From a virus, in the IMG/VR virus record IMGVR_UViG_3300005821_000002, positions 1-64,000 of that record: a stretch of DNA of 64,000 bases. The stretch is one strand, 5' to 3'. A program made the translations under genes and the position numbers. The notes under the pieces are model-generated. The model ran no database searches. It was not told the origin of the DNA and saw nothing but the letters and a program-made list of their open reading frames with translations. Below are positions 59,799 to 64,000 of the stretch, one piece after another (the first letter of the stretch is position 1; each line of letters starts with the position of its first letter).

Positions 59799-61532
59799 AT
59801 GGCGGCTATAGACGTAAATGATTATACGATTGATTATATAAATAAAGTAATAAGATATGACGGTGTAGAGACTCCGCCACATCCGTTAGCAGATATGCTT
59901 TCGGTAAATGCTCTGTATTCTGAAGTAATGGATACATTTGATGAACTTGGTCAAATGGATGATACCATGCCTATGAGTGCTCAGACTCCTACAGACTATT
60001 CTCTAATCAATGGTTGGTTCATTGATGAAATGACTATTCAAACTTTGAAGGGTGGAGCAATCACAACTATTGGTTGGACTAATATAATTCAGATCATGGC
60101 TGTGGACGGTATTACTACTCAAGCAACTATGCCAACCGATGTTGGTAAAGTGGTTAATGATGACGCATCACCAACGGGCACACTGTTATATGCAGAAGAG
60201 ATTGACGCTGATGAAGCCAAATGGTGGGTCAGAGGTACAACTCTTATTGGCGACGGGTCTACTATGACCGTTGACGGTAGCTCTGCTGATGGCGATGCTA
60301 ATGGTGATTCAGAAACCGGTAATAACCTTTGGACTAACCTATATACTCTTGGTACCCTGTATGGTACACCAACTCTCTATGGTACTAGAGATGATACTAG
60401 ATTATCACAGTCTGGAACTGGAACACCAGCATGGTGGGACACTGGACATATTGATATTCTAATTTTGATTAAAGAAGCTGGAGTAGAGCTTGGTGATGAC
60501 CTAGAAGGTGTCCTTACCGGTTACGTACAAATCTTTGAACGTGACTGGACAGATGCTGATGGAACACTTTGGGACTGGTTCGAGGTTGACCTTGGACCTG
60601 GTGGACGACAGGCTGTGCCTTTGGCTACGTTCTCTGACTTGAACAACACTACTGCCGAAGCTACTGTAGCTACATGGACTGATGTTGTAGTTAGTGTTGC
60701 TGGACCTTATACCGAAGATATCGGTGATGGTGCTGGCGACCAGAACTATGACTACAGTATTAACTGTGGTGGTAGAGTTCTAAGCCAAGTATATGAAAGA
60801 CTAAAGTATATTACTAGAGATGGTGAAACATCCCTAATTGATGCTGTTGAAGGTCAGCAATATACCGTTGTTGTGGGAGAAGAGGGAACATACGCCCCTG
60901 TAAAGTCGGCTCCGTTTGGAAGCTTTGCTGGTGGTAAACTCTTCGGTGCCCGTGGTATTTGGGTTTACAACATGGCCGGTGCTGATGCTGAAAACTATCA
61001 GCTAATTGACAGTGCTGGTACAACTAGACAGCCACCAACACAGGCTCCTATTACAGTAGGGTCTGTTGTTGCTGGAGATAGAGTGCTTGTTGCTCTATCA
61101 ATTGGCGCTGCATCAACTGTAATTGATAAGGAACAATATACTGTGTCAGGTACTATTTCAACTGGTGCAAATTACATTGATGTGACCATTCCAATTCCAA
61201 ATGACACGCCTTCATCTGGTTTCATTAGAGTTCTTGACACTGGAGTAAGTGAAGAAAGATACACATACTCTGGTTATGCAAACCATACTTTTGGTCTAAA
61301 TACAGTTACATCGAAGGAATATGTTGGACCAACAGATACAGCTTATGTGCCCTATGTTGATAACGAAGCTATTTCAACATCAATTGTTCAATCACTGATT
61401 TATGTGGCAGATAAGAACTTGGTAGCAAGAGTAAGAAAATATGGTATTTTACCATTTGAAACTACAGCTACATTAGTAACAGGTGGGGTAACTATTACTG
61501 CTATTAGAACTGAAGATACAATTGTAACATAA
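59799..61532 (+). CDS. Putative virion structural protein
   Basis: Acidic T/G-rich; C-terminus (VRK...G.......EDTI) resembles the preceding gene. Confidence 0.6.
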   Translation: MAAIDVNDYTIDYINKVIRYDGVETPPHPLADMLSVNALYSEVMDTFDELGQMDDTMPMSAQTPTDYSLINGWFIDEMTIQTLKGGAITTIGWTNIIQIMAVDGITTQATMPTDVGKVVNDDASPTGTLLYAEEIDADEAKWWVRGTTLIGDGSTMTVDGSSADGDANGDSETGNNLWTNLYTLGTLYGTPTLYGTRDDTRLSQSGTGTPAWWDTGHIDILILIKEAGVELGDDLEGVLTGYVQIFERDWTDADGTLWDWFEVDLGPGGRQAVPLATFSDLNNTTAEATVATWTDVVVSVAGPYTEDIGDGAGDQNYDYSINCGGRVLSQVYERLKYITRDGETSLIDAVEGQQYTVVVGEEGTYAPVKSAPFGSFAGGKLFGARGIWVYNMAGADAENYQLIDSAGTTRQPPTQAPITVGSVVAGDRVLVALSIGAASTVIDKEQYTVSGTISTGANYIDVTIPIPNDTPSSGFIRVLDTGVSEERYTYSGYANHTFGLNTVTSKEYVGPTDTAYVPYVDNEAISTSIVQSLIYVADKNLVARVRKYGILPFETTATLVTGGVTITAIRTEDTIVT

Positions 61533-61550
61533 TAATCTGAGGAGGTCGGA

Positions 61551-62894
61551 ATGGGTTTATTATTTGACGAAATCAATCAGATTATTACAGTTGAGAGTCC
61601 TGATACAGAAATAACAATGCAGAATTTAATAAATGGTGTTCGTGATTACGAGGATAATGTTGAAGGTATGGACATCCCTAAAATTGCAAATGCGTCAGGT
61701 AAGGAAGCTTTAGGTGGTGGGACTCTTGTAGGAATAACAGTGACTTTGATTGACTGGAAACTGAAATTTGAAGATCGGGCTGGGCCCGATTATATTATCT
61801 GTAATGCTACCGGTGGAAACTTGGTAACATATGATACAGGTACGTCTTCATATATCAACCCAATCGAACCAGCCACTTACGTAACAGTGGTTATTACTGC
61901 GTCCTCATCTGCTACCTTGCAAGAGTTGAGTACGCTTCAGTATAGCTCATTTAGTGGTGGAGTTACTGTTGATGTTACCAGTATATATACTGGTACAGAT
62001 TTTCCTGTTGGAACACCACAGGAACCGGTGAATAATTTAGCAGACGCTATGACTATCGCCACTGAAAGGGGTTTTACTCTTCTTTACATCATTGGTGATA
62101 TTACTGTTGATGCATCTGGTGATTATGAAAATATGGTGTTCATCGGAGAATCACAAACAAAGAGTGTTTTAACAATATCCGATGGAGCTAATGTAACTGG
62201 ATGTGAATTTAAAGACGCAACTATACTAGGAGTGCTTGATGGAAACAGTTTAATTCAAAACTGTGTATTAAGTGACCTAGAGTATGTTTATGGGATAATA
62301 GTTGAATGTATATTAGAACCAGGCACTATAATACTAGGCGGAACAAACCCCGCTCATTTTCTGGACTGCTGGTGCGGAGACCCCGACGACGCATGGCCAA
62401 CTATAGATTGCGGTGGAAGCGGGCAGGCTTTGGCCCTTCAAAATTACAATGGAAGAATCAAGATAATCAACAAGACGGGAACCGAGCAAGTTCAGATAGC
62501 TCTGAATGCGGGCCACGTTTGGCTTGATTCAACAGTAACTAATGGAGATATTTATATTAAGGGTGTTGGAGAATTAACAGATGATAGCTCCGCTACTGTG
62601 GATGCCACCGCTCTAATATCAAATGAATCTGTAGCAAATGCAGTTTGGAATGAAGCATATGCAGATCACCAAGTAGCCGGAACCTTTGGTGCATTCTTAT
62701 TGGCTACATTAGGTCTGTCTGGAGAGAATACCAAATGGTCAAGTTTGTCCCATGATGCTTACAACAACTTGACTGGTGCAACCATTACTTCGTATACAGA
62801 TGATACCTTGGTAACACCGATTAAATCATGGACGCTGACAGCTACTTACAATGATAACAGTGAGTTGACAGCATATCAAATGGTAGAAAACTAA
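61551..62894 (+). CDS. Putative virion protein with beta-helix-like region
   Basis: GT...PVNNLADA motif followed by repetitive beta strands. Confidence 0.55.
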   Translation: MGLLFDEINQIITVESPDTEITMQNLINGVRDYEDNVEGMDIPKIANASGKEALGGGTLVGITVTLIDWKLKFEDRAGPDYIICNATGGNLVTYDTGTSSYINPIEPATYVTVVITASSSATLQELSTLQYSSFSGGVTVDVTSIYTGTDFPVGTPQEPVNNLADAMTIATERGFTLLYIIGDITVDASGDYENMVFIGESQTKSVLTISDGANVTGCEFKDATILGVLDGNSLIQNCVLSDLEYVYGIIVECILEPGTIILGGTNPAHFLDCWCGDPDDAWPTIDCGGSGQALALQNYNGRIKIINKTGTEQVQIALNAGHVWLDSTVTNGDIYIKGVGELTDDSSATVDATALISNESVANAVWNEAYADHQVAGTFGAFLLATLGLSGENTKWSSLSHDAYNNLTGATITSYTDDTLVTPIKSWTLTATYNDNSELTAYQMVEN

Positions 62895-63251
62895 TGAGTG
62901 GAATGAGTATAGCTTCACACGGTAGAGCAGGTAAAGCATCTGGAATGTCTATAGGTTCTTTTGGTAGATTATATAGACGAATAGCCGGTGTAATACCTCC
63001 CATCGTTATAGAAGGCTTACGAGAAGTATGGAATCTTCTATCTAGAATTAATACAGTTGTTAATATTGAATCAAGGATTAACGAATGAATCTTGATATCA
63101 CATCACCTATAAATACACAGCTGGACCTTGAGTCAAAGCTTAATTTCGAATTATATCTGATGTCAACTATATATCAGAAGATACTCGATTTATTTAGCGA
63201 TTTGACACTCACTTTGAATCTAACGTCTGAGTTAGAACTGGAAGAAGTATA

Positions 63252-63566
63252 ATGAGCGTGATAGAATATAAAGTTTATATAGGAGATACCCCACTCATAC
63301 GAGTAGATTGTGTGACAGATATCACAACAATTTCGGGTGCTCAAATAAATTATAGAAAACCAACAAGTGAAGATACAGGGGATTGGACAGCTACAGTTGC
63401 CAGTGATCCTAACACCAACTTGGGTAGATATCTAGAATATCAAGCACAGATAACTGATCTTGATGAATCTGGAGACTGGAAGTTTCAAGCGTACGTCGTT
63501 TTTAATGACGGCACACGCTTCTTTGGAGAAACAGCAACACAAAGAGTTCATGCCCTGTTTGAATAA
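63252..63566 (+). CDS. BppU-like baseplate/Ig-like protein
   Basis: YRKP...G.W.A...DLDESGDW..QA.V. Confidence 0.55.
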   Translation: MSVIEYKVYIGDTPLIRVDCVTDITTISGAQINYRKPTSEDTGDWTATVASDPNTNLGRYLEYQAQITDLDESGDWKFQAYVVFNDGTRFFGETATQRVHALFE

Positions 63567-63572
63567 GGAGTA

Positions 63573-64000
63573 ATGATGAAAAGGATTTTAGTATTAGGTT
63601 CGAGAGGATATCTGGGAAGACATTTAGTTGAGTACTTATGGAAAAACCCAGATAACAAAGTGTATGGTATAGACAAAAATCTAGTAGACTTGAGAGATTT
63701 AGACCATTGTTTACGTCTCTTCAGACATTTAGAATGTGATGAAATCTATCAGATGGCTGCCGATTCTGGAAATATGAAATATTTATTATCAAAAGATTAT
63801 TCGTATGGAGATTCAACAGTAATAAATTTAACCATTATAAAAGCACTTAGGACACTAAATTATAAAGGAAGGCTTTTATTTCCAAGTTCATTGTATGTAT
63901 ATGACAGGAAAAGCAGGTACGGTATAGAGAAATTATATAACGAACAATTATATTCTGCTTCAGGATTAGATGTTAGCATAGCTAGACTATTCAGTGTGTA
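63573..64000 (+). CDS. NAD-dependent epimerase/dehydratase (truncated by window end; absent from ORF track)
   Basis: AAGGAG RBS; ILVLGSRGYLG, FPSS, YGIEK (YxxxK), ARLFSV. Confidence 0.85.
   Translation, partial: MMKRILVLGSRGYLGRHLVEYLWKNPDNKVYGIDKNLVDLRDLDHCLRLFRHLECDEIYQMAADSGNMKYLLSKDYSYGDSTVINLTIIKALRTLNYKGRLLFPSSLYVYDRKSRYGIEKLYNEQLYSASGLDVSIARLFSV

Overview
This window is a 64-kb piece of a large tailed-phage genome (standard genetic code, consensus sigma70 promoters). The protein styles tentatively suggest a Chloroflexota/Anaerolineae-like host. Layout: (1-5.3 kb, +) tail/fibre-like genes, GH25 endolysin, putative holin and small ORFs. (5.3-12.3 kb, -) GC-richer region with paired long palindromes, a 20-bp iteron-like array, a GASTC-rich gene and GGTACC clusters. 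(12.3-29 kb, -) very AT-rich block of small ORFs ending in a phiEco32-type amidoligase/ATP-grasp/COOH-NH2 ligase/GATase cluster that contains a RuvB lacking its RuvA-binding hairpin. (29-38 kb, -) class II RNR, MazG-like and HAD enzymes, DNA methyltransferases, RNase H and primase. (38.2-44.7 kb, -) RNA operon with 28 tRNAs covering all 20 amino acids (24 encode NCC-T instead of CCA), a compact tmRNA with an atypical 35-codon tag, a ~197-nt minimal RNase P RNA, a circularly permuted tRNA-like RNA and several closed, pseudoknotted RNAs placed exactly between tRNAs. (45-56 kb, -) replication/recombination genes (PolA, RecA, SSB, DnaB, resolvase, nucleases). (56-64 kb, +) virion-type genes and a truncated NAD-dependent epimerase. 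The most novel element is the tRNA-punctuated ncRNA operon with its own miniature RNase P. All calls were made by eye; no searches or folding programs were run.
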